From Geosiphon pyriformis uo1 (lineage: Eukaryota > Fungi > Glomeromycota), in contig JAAOMT010000295.1 of NCBI GenBank assembly GCA_016748015.1, positions 372,001 through 436,000 on the forward strand: a stretch of 64,000 nt of DNA, given 5' to 3'. The notes under the pieces are model-generated. The model worked only from the letters and a program-made list of their open reading frames with translations. It made no database searches and had not been told where the DNA came from. Of the stretch, positions 23,982 through 37,916 are shown piece by piece. Each line of letters opens with the position of its first letter. Positions within the stretch are counted from its first letter, which is position 1. The position numbers and the translations under genes are program-made.

Positions 23982-25440
23982 TCAATATTCGTGAAAACCT
24001 TTACCCACTTTCATCCCTAACCACCCAGCGTCTACATATTTTTGTAGCAAGACTGCCGGCCTATATTTTGTATCTCCGATTTCCTGATGAAGTACTTTCA
24101 TAATTGCCAGGCAGGTATCTAATCCAATAAAATCAGCTAATCTAAGAGGTCCCATCGGAATGTTGGTTCCAAGTTTCATGGTTGTATCAATATCTTTAGG
24201 CGTAGCGATCCCCTTTTTAATTGATCATAGAATGAAATGGGATCAGTGAACAAAAAATCGATTATATTTCAATACATCATATTTACTTGTTCTAGCACAA
24301 TGACAGCCTCATTGATATATGGTATCAATAAACGATTGGCAATGAAACCTGGGACATCTTGTGATTGTGTACATGTCTTGCCCATAGCTTTTGCGAGAGA
24401 TTGTGTTTTTTCAATAGTATCACAAGAAGTGGCTAGACCGGGAATAATCTCTATCAATTCCATCACGGGAACAGGGTTCATAAAATGCATCCCAATTATC
24501 TATATATCCCCAATAGATGCAATGATATCAATTCCCAAAAATCAAAAGGAAAGGAGTTCAATTCATGATTTTCAAACGATTAAACTTACATTTTCCGGTC
24601 TCTTAGTGGCAGCTGCGATTTTTGTAATGCTGATACTGCTGGTATTAGTCGCTAAGATAGCATCAGGTTTGACCACTTGGTCAAGCTCGCTGAATACTTT
24701 TCGTTTCAGATCAATGTTTTCAGGGACCGCCTCAATCACAAAATCCAAGCTGGCGAAAGCGGAAATATCATTTGCTGGGTTGATGCGTGATTTAATAGCA
24801 TTGGCCTGTTCTCGTCTGATTCGATTCTTTGCAATATCCTTCTCAATTAACGTATCTTTATAAGCCAAGATTCAAATCAGAAAACTGATCATTTTTGAAG
24901 AAAGTTGCTAATTAAGAAATATGAAAATTAACCTAGAAAGGCAAGGCTCTTTTCAATTTGTTTGGGATTAGCATCAAAAATCTTAACGGGCAATTCGGCA
25001 ACCTTTGCGGCGACAAAAGCAATCCCTAAACCCTAATTGAAGGTCATTTTGGTTTGATCAAAATATCAAATTAGTTAAGAAAAGATATGATCTTATGTTC
25101 ATAAACTTTATACCATTTGACCGGCTCCAATAACTCCAAGTTGATGCACTGCATTGTTCTAAAATTAGTTGTCACAAATAGAGTTTTAAATTTCATAAAA
25201 AATAAATAACATTCATTTTTTGTGATTACCTCATTTTCTTGACTTTTTGAAGCCGAGGATGAGTTTCTACAGAGGTGAAAGGATGACTTTTATAAAATAG
25301 TAGAATAATAATTAGTTCATTGTAAATTTGAATACAATCGTTTTTTGAAATACCTTACTAATACCAAACTTTAAAGGCGGAAAAGTTTTAAGGTTTCGGG
25401 AAAGTGAAAAGGAGCGAACGCCAAAAGAGCGGGCGATCAT
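23982..25440 (-). CDS. 3-hydroxybutyryl-CoA / 3-hydroxyacyl-CoA dehydrogenase, 7 exons, probable mitochondrial presequence
   Basis: Spliced product has [13 protein letters not shown] (Rossmann), [50 protein letters not shown]. The N-terminus [16 protein letters not shown] is Arg/Ser-rich. Confidence 0.95.
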
Positions 25441-26445
25441 TGTTGTGTGATGAGAGTTATTGTCTATTTCTCAGCGTGGGAATAGTGATCTATAACAACT
25501 ATTATCCCGTTTGAAAATTGATAGAAGGTCAAATTATTTCTTCAAGGAACAAGACCTTAGGGCGCATAAAGATTTAAATCTTTAAAATTTAGATTAAAAA
25601 TGACATAATTTAAATTAATTGTTTAGAATTTAATGTTTGATTTGATTCTTTAAAAAAATTAAATACAACAAAAAATGTTAAAAATTTTTAATATGTTAAT
25701 ATTATTTAAATTTTAAAACAAATTTTACAGTTTTATTGTTTTATCTTAATTAAAATATGTTTATTTAATAAATACAAATTTTTATTAATTATAAAATTAA
25801 ATAAGTAAAAAATTAAATTAAATTTATATATTATTAATAAAATAAATAATCTTATAATATTGCTTTATTAAGCATAATTTTTTCATAATTTATTTATATA
25901 ATACATGTACATATTTAAAATAATTTATGTATTTTTTACATATAACTAGTTATTTAAACCAATTAGACATATTTTCAATAATAATCTTTTTTATATAGTT
26001 TAAATTAATACATAAATTAAATTTAAAAAACTTATTGCTTTTATAAACTCACTAAAAACATTTTAATATATTTATAATGTTTTTATTAAATTTATAAAAA
26101 AACTCTTTTTTTCTTCTTAATTTTATAATTACAACCAAAATAAAAAATAAAAAATTTTTAAATATTATTTTTTCTATAATAACTAATAAATTTTTAACAA
26201 AAAAAAATTTTTTTGTTATTAAAACAGCTTAACAAAATATTTTAACACCATTTTTTTTAATTATTAATAGTAAAAAGCTGTCTTTAACAGCTTTTAAAAT
26301 ATTTTTTATTTTTAATTAGTGGTTTTTTTCCAGTTAAAATTTTTTTTAAAAAACACACTAAAATTAATTCTAGTATTGTTTTTTACTTTTTTTAAAAGTC
26401 TAAAAGTTTTTAATAATAAACTAGTTAACAAGCTGGTTTTTTAAA

Positions 26446-26450
<5 letters not shown>

Positions 26451-26510
<60 letters not shown>
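26451..26510 (+). repeat. (ATT)n microsatellite, ~20 units
   Basis: Perfect attatt... run. Confidence 0.95.
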
Positions 26511-26599
26511 TTACAAATAATCAAAATGATTAAAAATTTTAAAAAACAATAGTAGTTACTTGTATTTACTATTATTATACTAAACTTTTTGTAATTTTA

Positions 26600-27910
26600 A
26601 ATAAGATTTTCTTAATAATATCTAGTTTTTTTCTTAATATAAATAATAAAAACAATAATATATTCTCCAAAATAAATTAAAATTAATTATTAATTATGTT
26701 GTTAAATATAATGTCTTTTGGAAAATTATTACTAGTTTTAAAAGCAAAATAATTTATTAAATTATCTAATTTTAAAAATTGGGCTAATTAAATAAAAATT
26801 AAATTAATTTTTTCTTTTTGTTTTTTGGTACTATTACTAATAATGCCTAAAAAATAATTTCTAATTATTAAAAGTTTTTAAATAAGAAATTTTTACTTTA
26901 ATATTTAGTATTATTTTTAAAATTAAATTGGTTTTTGTTAATTTTTTGTTTCATTTATTGTTTGTTTTTATTAAATTTAAATCTGTTTTTAAAGATAATA
27001 TTAAGTTGTTTTATATAGATTTTGTTTTTAAGTTTTTTTTAAATACTACTATTAAAATTTTTATTGATAATTTTTTTTAATTATATTTAAGATTACTAAA
27101 TTTTTTATGATAACTTCTGTTTTTTTTTTTTTTTTTTATTATATTTTATAATGTTTTTTTTGGCATATTTTTTAATAATATTAAAAATACTTTTGGTGTT
27201 TTTGGTATTATTATTTTAATTAAGTAAAAATTTGCTAATTTATAATAATATATTATTATTTATTTCAAAATTTTTTTTTGCTGTTGTTGTTTTTAATAAC
27301 TGGTTTGTATTAATTAAAAAAAATAGTGTTAAAATTTATTTTTTACTTAACTAAAAAGAGATTATTATCTTAAAAAATATTTTTAAAGCTAAATTGGTTT
27401 ATTTTTTTTTAATCGTATTGCTTTTAAAATTAGTAATTTAATTTTTTAAGTTGATAATTATATTTGTTTTATTTTTTATTTTTTTAATTCTTATTATTAT
27501 TCATGTTTTGTTGTTTTAATATTTAACTTTTATAAATTTTTAAATTTTGCTATTATAAAAACCAATATTTTATGCAAATATTGTATTGGTAAAAAACTCT
27601 TAAATATTATTATTGTTACAAATATTAGAGTTTAAATTATTTGTTTACAGATTACAAAATATTATTATTATTATTTCTTAAATTGTTTGTTAAGTTTATT
27701 ATTAATTTTAAACTTTTTGTATTATTATTTATTAATAAAAAATCTTATAATAAGATTTTTGTTTTTTTGGCTTTTTTTTTGCTGCTTTTTTTGCTGCTTT
27801 AATTGTTGTTTTTAAAATTAAATTTAAGTTGAATTCTTTAAAATTTTTGATTTTAAATTTGGCTTTTTTAATTAAATTTATTGTTAAATCAATTAGCTTT
27901 TTAATTATAT
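26600..27910. repeat. Unclassified dispersed repeat, copy B
   Basis: Collinear with ~1080-2400; many differences are transitions. Confidence 0.8.
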
Positions 27911-28199
27911 TAATATTACTAACTAATAAATCAAGTTAAATTATATTTTTAATTTTGTAATATTTTGGATTTTAAATATAATTCTAAATTTAAATTTTTA
28001 ATTTTATAAGTAGTTTGTAATTTTGTAAATAGTTTTTAATTTTAATTTTAATATTTAAAATTTTTTTTAACAATATTAATACTATTGTAATCAAAAACAT
28101 CTTAGTATAATTTACTTATAAACAAATATTTGTACATAATTACTAAAGTAAAAAAATATATATATTATAAAAAAATATTTCAAAAAAAATCAAAAATTT

Positions 28200-29791
28200 T
28201 AACATGTCTAATCAAAAACAAATATTAAAACAAGTATCAAGTTTTTCTATACAACTTAATAAAAAAAATAAAAAAAAATAGTAAACCAAAGTTTATAATC
28301 TAAAAAACATATATTAAATAAGAACAACAAATATTACAAGAATATTATAATACTACTTACAACTTTTGTAACAAGTTTTAATATAAAAAATTACCAAAAA
28401 AATATGAAAATTATTTAGCAAATTTTTGTTAAAAAGTTTTAACTAATATTTAAGATTTATTTTTTAATTGTTTAATTATTTAAACTATTGATAATAATTT
28501 ACAAAAATCACTTAAAATAAATTTAATGATTATTTTGTCTAATTCTAAATATTTAAAAAGTAAATTAAAGTTGTTAATTTCATTGAAAGTATAAAGTTAA
28601 CTAAAAAAACCAATAAAATAAATTACATACTTATCAAAGCTTTTGTGGTTTGTAAAATTTTATAGCAGATTATTGAAAATCTATTTTTTATTAAATTTTT
28701 TAAAACACTTTAACCAAAATATATATTATTTTCGAAAGATATTTTATCTGAATAATTTTTGGCTTAAATATTAATAATAATAAATTAGCAAGTTATTAGA
28801 AAATTAAAAAGTCAAAAAATTTTAATATTGTGTAAATTATTTATTTAGAAGCTTAAACAATAAAAAATTAATATTAATATTACTAATTTTTATTAATTTT
28901 TTTCAGTTTTTTTATTTAAGTTTATAATAAATAAACTAGATAAATCAATTTGAAATATTGTAATTTATATTTTAAATTATTATAAATATATTTAAAGCCT
29001 TAAAAATCTAATAAAAAAAAGCCATATTCAAAATTTATTAACTTAAAAACCAAAATATATAATTAAAACTATTAGATTAAGTAAGTTTTTTACTATATTT
29101 ATTAATACAAAGTTAATATATAAGCTGTATAATATATAGTAACTATAAAATACAAGTATATAATTAATATAAGATATATTATATATACAATAAATTTTAT
29201 TTTTAAAGACATATATAAAACTTAATTTGTAAATAAAATATTATAATAATTAAACACAATAATTAATTACTTTAAAATAGTTATTAAGCTAATAAAAATA
29301 CATTCTTATTTATTTTTTAAATTAATAATACTTATTATTATATAATAAAAAATTTGGCTAAAAAATTTTAAGTTGAAAAAGTAATTTAAAGCAATAAATT
29401 AAAACTTAATAATATATTATATATAGCTATACAAATTCAATTTTGTGCTATAAAATTTTTTTGAAAATTATAAATATTAATACTTATTATAATTTTTAAA
29501 GTAAATTTATTTTTTAATACTTATTTTATATTTTAGATATATTATAACTTTTCAAACCTATTTTTATTTTTTTTTTGAATATTTTAAGAAATTGTGTTTT
29601 TTTTAATGATTGTATATACTATTTTTATCTTATATTCTTTTAAAAAAACAATTGTTAATTTAGAATTTTATAATTGTATATTTTTAAACTATTTTATAAA
29701 ACTGGCTTAATTAAATATTATTATTAAAAAATTATTTGTTACAGATTATTGTATATTTTGATAGCAATTATTTATTATATTTAACAAATAT
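28200..29791 (+). mobile_element. Highly decayed hAT-superfamily transposase (BED finger plus RNaseH-like core), cut off by an LTR insertion
   Basis: Conceptual translation retains YNTTYNFCNKF...ENYLANFC (BED-like), LIKAFVVCKIL*QIIENLFFIKFFKTL (hAT 'F..ve.p.F..l' motif) and NIRYIIYTINFIFKD (decayed RCxxHxxNLxxxD). Confidence 0.7.
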
Positions 29792-31359
29792 TATTATAGA
29801 TGATTATTTAAATAGTTAAAACAAATAACAAATCTGTAATTTGGTACTAAATTGGTAATTATAATAATAATCTTTAAAAGTTTCGAAATCTGAAAATTTG
29901 AATTAAGTTTTTTATATAATAAACAAAAATTTATTTATTATTGTCTTCTGTAAATTTTTTTTTAATATAATAGCCAGTTTAATTTAACAGTTATGCTTTT
30001 TTGGTAAGCTATTCTTTAAATTTTTACTCTTGTTTTATAGGTTTTTTATCAAGTTATCTTTAATTTTAAAAACTTAGTGCTTAATTTTTGTTTAATTAAT
30101 TAGTAAACACAACAAATAAAATAAAATAAAACAAAAAAAATTAAGAAATTAATATCTTATTAATAGTTATAATCAAAAACTATTGTTTTATAATAATTAA
30201 ATATCAAGTATTATCAACATAAATTGCTAATATAACAAATACTAATAAATAATTTAATTAAGTAATAATGATAATATAAATTAAGAAGTAATTAATGATT
30301 TTATTAATAAATATATACATTTATTTTAAGTAATAGTAAATTAACTTTTGAAAAAAATAGAAAAAAAAAGATTAAGTTTTTAATTGTTGTTTTTTTTTTT
30401 ATTTTTACTGCTATATATATAATTTTTATTATATAAAATTTCTTAAAATTTTTAAATTATTTCTATAGAAGTTTTTGGAATTCTAAAATTCTGTGATTCT
30501 TATTAAGAATATTTTTAAAATCTTGAAATCTGTAATTTCTTTTTTATTATACTTATTTTTAATTAGCTATTTATTTAATTTATTGTTTTTATTATTATTA
30601 TATAAGTAATAATATCTCTTTTTTTATTAAGTTCTATTAAAACTACTCAAATTTTTTTCTTAAATTAATTTTATTACTTTTTTTTCTAAAATTGTATTAA
30701 CAATTTTAATTTGTAATTTTTCAAACTAAGTATTAATAATTTTTTTATTAATTAATTGTTATTATGTTTATTATTAAGTATAATAGTATTTTTAAATAAT
30801 CTTAAAATTCTGTTTGTAATTAGTAAATTGTTTTTGTATATGTAATTAAATAGTTTTTTTTTACAAATTATTCTATTTGCTATAATATAATTAAATTGAA
30901 TATTTATTTGGTTTTATTTATATATAAATTCTAAATATTTAATTATTTTTTCAAGTGGTAATAGCAAAAGTTTCTAAAAAATTGTTGTGTTTATTGATTT
31001 CAATTTTTTTTGATTATCTTTTAATATAATATAATTATTATTTAATTTTTTAATATTGTTTTTATTTTATTTTTTATTTTATTTACTATATTTTTAGATT
31101 ATAAATGTATTTAGTATTATAAAATGTTTTAGAATTTTTGTTTTTTTTTTGTGTTTTTATATTAGATAATTTATTTATTAATTATAATTTTTATATTCAA
31201 TTCTTAATGTTTTATAAGTTAAAATAATTAAAAAAATAAAAAAACTTCTTTCTCTCTTACCTCCAAAAACTCCAACGAGTTATTTTCTGAAAAAAGAAGT
31301 TTTTGTTTTTTTTTTGTTAGTATTATATCAACATTTCTTTAACTAATAACTCTTTTGTT

Positions 31360-33228
31360 GTGGATTTGAAGGCTGCTTTTAGTGGCAGTATGTTAAAGAA
31401 AAAGGTGTCTAAAGGTGCTTTTCATGGTCCTGCTGGTGGTTCTTTTACTCAAAAGAAGAAAGTTATTCTTGGGAATATTAAACATTCTGGCGATGAGCAG
31501 AACATCTTTCTGAAGTCTGGTTTTGGTAATAGTGCTTTTTCTGATGTGGAAAGCTTATCTGGTAATGAAAATAACGTTAATATATCTGGTGGTGGTGATG
31601 GCTCTCTTCTGGGTTCAGCTGTTAATATTCCAAAGACAAATAGATTAAGTACTAACATGAATTTTGGCTTCTTTCTCAGTTCCCCCAACTTTGCCATAGA
31701 TAAAGAAGTGAAATCTCTTCCATCTCCAATAAAGAAAGCCTCTTTTGATAGCAAATGGGTCAATCCTATTATCATCAAAATTCAAGTGGAGGTGTCTGTC
31801 AAAAAATCTTTTGTCTTAGATATCTATCTTTCAGCTGTTGAAGGCAAATTGGTAATGGCGAAAACTCAATTAATCAGGAAAATTTTTTCAAAAATCAATG
31901 GTTTTGGGGGGGCCACTACTCTCTCAAAATTTGAAGGAATTATCTAATTGACATTTACTTCTGAGGAGAGCATGAGAAAAGCTGCGTTATTGGCCAAAAA
32001 AGAAGGGATCATCATAAACAACGATGTGAGGAAACAAGGGCTTCGTTCAGATTGGGCTGTGGTGATCAAAAAAATTCTCATGAACACACTTAAGGATATA
32101 ATCGTCACCGCAGTAGCCAAATTTGGTGAAATTAAATCAATCAAAATTCAACTAATCAGTTTATGGCAAAAGGCTGTAGTGGAATTCGCCAATTCTGATC
32201 AAGCTGCGCAGTTGGCATTAAAATAGTTGTTCTTTATTGGAAAAGACTCAGTTTGTGTGACTATGGCTGTGAAAAATCGTGATACATGGACATTTAGGGA
32301 TCACTTCAGAGCATTTCTGTTTACTTTGTTAGTAGGAACAACTGTACATAATCTTGACACTCTTTTGAATAGGGCAGATGGTAGAACTTGCATTATTAAT
32401 CATTTTTTAGACACTGGTAATAGATTTCACTGTGCTGTGGTCGGCTTTAAATCTGAGAGAGATTTGGATTCCGCCTTTCATACTGAGTCTATTTTTGGTG
32501 GTATGCAACTCTCTTGGGCTAGATTAAATTTGGTTTAGTGTGAGAGGTGTGGGCCTTTTAGACATTTGGTACTTGAATGTGATGCTCCTGCTAATAATAT
32601 GCCATTATCATCTTTGGCTAAATCTTCTAAAGGTTTTGTTTCTAAGAAAAGACGTCTCCAGCTGGCTAAATTATATCAAAAAAAGAATGTTCTGATCTCT
32701 CGCCTTGTTGCTTTTGGTGGAAAATCCTGGGGCCAAGTAGTCTTAGTGGCAACTTCTCTCTCTCATGGCTTGTCTGTTGGTTCTGGCTTAAGTTTTCTCC
32801 TTTCTTCACATCATGGCTTTGGTGATGTCTCTTTTTTGAATGACCGCTTGGCCTCTTTAGAATGCTTATTAGAGCTTCTTTCTGACCGGGTGTCTACCAT
32901 CATTAGGCATCTTGCCGGTGTTGAACTGGTGCCTCTGGTGTTCTCATCTCTTACTTCTCTTTTCGATGCTTCTGCATCTTCGGCTTTAAGTTTAGACTCA
33001 GATATGGTTTTGGATGGTGCTTTGATGTTGTCTGCTCCTCATCTCTCTTCTGCTGCCATTGTTGGTGAGTCTACTTTTGGTTCGAGTAGCTCCAAGGTTC
33101 TTACTGACAAGGTAAGTGGTTTGGAATCTAAGTTAGCATCCTTGGAAGCTTCTATTGGTTCAGTATTGGCTCATTTGGATAATATGTGCTTTAGTTCAGG
33201 TGCTTCTTTGCTTTCTTCATCTTAATGA
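31360..33228 (+). pseudogene. LINE copy 2 ORF1
   Basis: Single frame with premature stops; CERCGPFRHLVLEC knuckle at ~32539; homologous to the other ORF1s. Confidence 0.88.
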
Positions 33229-36200
33229 GTAACCTGGTTTGAAAATTTGCTACATGTAATGTTCAGGGTCTCAATGTTTCTGCAAAGCAAGTGGATATTT
33301 TCTATTGGCATGTGGATTCTGGCTTTACAATATCTTTTGTAATTGAAACAAAATTAAGATTCTCTGTTGGTTCGTGAATTAAGGATAAATATGAAGGTGT
33401 CCATATCTTTACTTCTGGGTTGGATGTTGGTTTTCTTAGTGCTGGTGTAGCTGTCATCATGAACAATTCTTTGGTCCATCATGTCTCTAAAGTTGAGAAA
33501 GTTCCTGGCCGAGTTGTTGCTGTACGGCTTTTGTTTAAGAATAAACTTTTGGTTTTTGTTATTGGGTTGTATGCTGGTGCTTCTTCTGGTGTTTGTTTTG
33601 GTCAGGCTTCTGAGGTAAATTCTCTCATTGTTAAGGCTGTTAACTTCAGCACCTTTGTTGTTTTGGATGGGAACTTCAACGAAAATGGATCTGGAAGGAA
33701 TGCAAACTTCAGATTCTGTTCGAGTTTGGGTTTGGTTAATTCATTTTCTGGTCATCCTTTGGTTGGGGCTATCACATGAGGTAATTCTAGAGGGGTTGAG
33801 AGGACTATTGATTTCATTTTTGTTAGTAAAAATTTGGTTTCTGCTGTGGCTGGCCATAGAGTTGGCCCAGTTTCGGACTTTTTCGACACTGATTACAATG
33901 CTGTTATGGCCTTTGTTGGTTTGGGTGGGCTTTTGAATATTCATTTGAATAGCTTGTGCAAGCAGACTAACAAAAATTACTGGAAGTTTAATATCAAGGA
34001 TGCAGATGTTAATGGATGGTTTCGTTTCAGGGACTGCTCCTTTGTCATGGTTTTGGGAATGAAAGATAATTTCCTTGCCACTGCTGCTGAACAAGATCTG
34101 GATGCTATGTGGTCTCTACTGGAAAAGGTGTTGGTAGATTCTGCAGATAAAATTTTTTCTCAGTGTTGGTTCAGTGAATTTCAGTGTTCGAAAAATAAAC
34201 AATCTTCTAAGTTTCTGGGCTTGAAGTTGCTGATTGTCAAAATTGTCAAAAAGTTTGACTTGGCTGATACCTTTGGTTTTAATTGTCTTGTGAGAAAATG
34301 GTTTACATTGGATGCTGACAAGGCTCTCATGTTGATGAATATGGTTCAATTGGATTGGGGGAAGGTTGCTGTTCTTAAGTTCTTGTCAATCATCAAAAAA
34401 GAGTACAAAAAGTCCAAATTGTATGAATTGAAATTAATGCAGGAGGCTTCCATCAGGGAAGCTATTGAAAAGCACATGGAAAAGTTTTGTTCTGACAAGG
34501 ATAGCATGATCAGGAGTGTTTTGGATTGGCCCTTTCGAAAGGTTGTATTGGATTATTTAGTCATTGATAATGAGCTTGTTTTGGAGTCTAAGAAGGTAAA
34601 ATTGAAAGTTAACAGTATCATGAAAGACTGGACAAGAAGACAGATGGTGCCTTCAGTGTTGTCTGATCTCTGGGCCCATCAGTATGCCCCTTTGGCTTAT
34701 GTTAAGGACAATGCTTTTTCTGGTGTTATGAGTACTATCACTTTGAATGAATTGCTTTTGGTTGTTAGTGGTTTGCCTGATGGCAAAGCTGCTGGCTTGT
34801 CTGGCATTCCTAACAAACTTTAGAAATGGGGTGGTGAGAAAGTGATGAAGTGCCTCTTGGTTTTGTTGAATGTGTGTTTGTCTGTTGGTTCAGTACCTGC
34901 TTTATGGAAGAGGGTCTGGGTCTTAATGATCCCAAAACCTTATGATTGGGATGGAGTTCTGACAAACACTCACCCCATTACTTTGATAGAGATGGCCAGA
35001 AAAATTCTTTCTAAGATTCTTTCAGATAGGATTTCTTTTATGTGCAGTAAGTTTGGCATTCTCCATGGTGACAATTTCTTGGTATTAAAAAGTACTTCAA
35101 CATAATTTCCTGTTTTTGCTGTTGGATTAGTGGTTGAGAATGCTCTTAAGAAAAATAGAGAACTATGGTTAATTTTGCAGGATATGTACAAGGCATATGA
35201 TTCTATTGGTTGGCACCACCTAAGAGCTAGTCTGTGTCATATCAAAATGTACAGCAGGTTTATTGACTTTTTTGGTAGCATTCATGAGAACAGGGTTAAT
35301 AGGGTAATAACTGATTTTGGTCTTTCGAGTGGTTATAGGGTGCATGATGGCCTTGATCAGGATGAAGTCTTCTCACCTCTTCTTTGAAGAATTTTTTATG
35401 ATCTGCTCTTGTGTGAGGTTAAAAGGCATGAGCATCTGTGTGGTTATCATATTAATACTAAGTTTGTGGCAAGAACTGGCAAAATTGAGAATGGTGGTAG
35501 GATGTCTTTCTTTTTTGCTGCTGGCACTTTTGTGGATGATACAATTTGGGTTGGGGATTGTCAAGCTTCCATGCAATATGCTTTAAATATCACTAGTGAG
35601 TTTTTTTATATTAATGATATTTCCATAAACAATGAGAAAACAGTGGCTATACCTATTAATCAGGGTGTTAAGGTTGCTACTTTGAGTATAAGTGGTTAGC
35701 CAATTTCTATTGCTAGGAAGGACAAAGCTCACAGATATTTGGAAATTTTTTTGTTAACTGAAGAGTTGTCCAAACCAAGTTTGGCCAAAGCTCATTCGGA
35801 TGTTCATTTTTTTGTCAACAGGATGCTCAAGAAGGTGATCACGGATAAGCAGTTTTCCTATTTGGTGTTGGCTGTTTTGCAGCCTATTGTTAATTATCAT
35901 ATACAGTTTAGTTTTGTTTCATCTAGTGTTTGCCACAAGTGAGATGATTTAGTTAGGAAGGGCTTCAGATTTAAGGCACGTCTACTTTGTGACTTTCCTG
36001 ATGCTGCTTTGCATCATCCCTCTTTGTATAGTCTAAAATCTTTTGAGCAGGTGCAGTCTGAAGGGAAGATGGCTTTCTTGGTCTCATTTGCTAATGCATC
36101 TGGTGTTCTTGGCTGCTTATTTGAACATAGGTTTTTGGACTTGCAGATTCTAAGTTGGATCTCTTTGAATCTTTTTCAGTATCCTGTCAAGTTGTGTGTT

Positions 36201-37916
36201 AGTCCAGTGAACAATTTTTTAGCAAGTGTTGTGAAAATTTTAATGAATATTGATCTCTCTTTAGTAAACAACCTCCCCAATGCTTTCCATCATTCTGGTC
36301 ATTTTCCAATGTTTTCAATTCTTGAGAAGTCTTTGTACTTTGATTCTGTTCGTTCTTTTAAGCATTTTGGTGTTGCTTTCAGCAATCAGCTTTTTGATAA
36401 AAAGGGGTTGTTGTTGGATTGAAAAACTTTTTGTCGTTGGAAGTATTTAGATCCATGGGGCCCTGTGCCTCTTTGGTTTATGGTTGCTTCTAAGTACTTT
36501 CTGGATCAGGGTTTTCTTTCCTTTTGCTTATCTGTTGCTGTTCAATCTGGTGGTTTGAACATTTTGGAGTCTGATGTGTTCTCCTCCGTGCAGGATGGTT
36601 TACATGAGATTTGGTCTGGCTGTTTTGAGGCATATACGGATGGGTCTTTAAAAGGAGCTGGATCTGCTGATGTGTCAAGTGGTGTGGCTGCGTATTTTCC
36701 AGCTCTGGGATTGGGTGTTGAAGTCAAAGTTTGTGGTCTTTTGTCCTCTACTATGGTGGAGTTGCAGGCTGTTGCTCTGGCTTTGAAATGTGTTTTCTCA
36801 TCTAGTTCTGTGGTGTTGTATCTCGACAGCCAAGCTGCTATTAATGCATGTGTTTCTGAGATGTTGCTTGAAGTTCCGGATTTTTGCAATTGCTGCTGGA
36901 TCGAAAGGAAACATGTTTTCGATTTGATTAGGAATAAGGATCTTAGTGTAAGTTGGGTTAAAGTCAAAGGTCATGCTGGTATTCTTGGCAATGTGAAAGC
37001 CAATAGGTTTGCAGGAGAGGCTGCCTGCTCTTTTTTTGTTTTGCCGATAAGAATATGGAAGTGTTTTTTGGTGGCTGATGATACTGTGGTTTCTGACAAT
37101 GCCCATCACTTTGTTAAGGATGTGTTTAGGTCTATTTGTTATGCTCGTTGGGAGGCTGGTCCTGGTCAGGATGTGGTTTCAGCTAACATGTTGGAAGATT
37201 TTGATTGGGCTGCTTCTGCAAAGATCTGGCATCCTGACTCACACATGGTTGCTGGGTTTACTAGCCACAAGTTGGCAGATCTTCATACATATTTGATAAA
37301 GGCATTGCATAAGAGATTACCAGTGGCAGTTAGAAAGAGACTGTATAATAGATATTATCCGGGTGTTCAGTGTTTGTTGTGTGGGGAGGTGGAGCTGCCG
37401 GACCATGTTTTCACTTGTTCACAGAATGTTTATATTCAGAGAGAGATTTTGCTGGAGGCTTCCATGCACTGGGCTTCTTTGGTTGGTGTTCGTGACCTGT
37501 CCTCCTCTTCTGTTCTTCAGTTCCTTAATTCTTGTCATTTGGACATTAGCAGATACTCGGTTTTATGTAAGAGTTTCATGATAAAGGTTTGGTGTGCTGA
37601 GACAGCAGATGTTTTTGATAATATTAAAAAGGCTTCCTGTGTTGTGGTTGATTTTGTGAGGTTCTTGGTTGAGTTGTATTGATCTAGGGTCTGGTTAGTT
37701 AGATCTAGATTCAGAGTGGACATGGAAAAGGCTGGCTTGGTTGGTAATAATGGTTTGGTGTTGGGTTTGTCCTGTTGTGTGTCTTCTGTGCTTTCTAATG
37801 GTATGGTAAGAATGCTTAGCATCACTGAGTCTTTTGCTGTCAGTTTTGGCTGTCTTAGGCCTTGTCTCTTTTTTTCAGATCTGGATGATAAGCCTTGTGT
37901 TAATATTAATGTGTAG
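33225..37916 (+). pseudogene. LINE copy 2 ORF2 (APE-RT-RNase H-Cys)
   Basis: DGNFNE, DTDY, MIPKP, LQDMYKAYDSI, GLDQDEVFSPLL, FVDDTIW; RNase H YTDGS/ELQA/LDSQA/KVKGHAGILGN; CLLC...DHVFTC. Confidence 0.93.

Noticed and set aside
24237-24863. 208-aa plus-strand ORF
   Set aside because: Antisense shadow of the dehydrogenase exons with no recognisable motifs.
23982-25440. Recent bacterial horizontal transfer of hbd
   Set aside because: Six spliceosomal introns and a presequence; this enzyme type is widespread in fungi.
26451-26510. Telomeric repeat
   Set aside because: Simple internal (ATT)n microsatellite, not TTAGGG-like.
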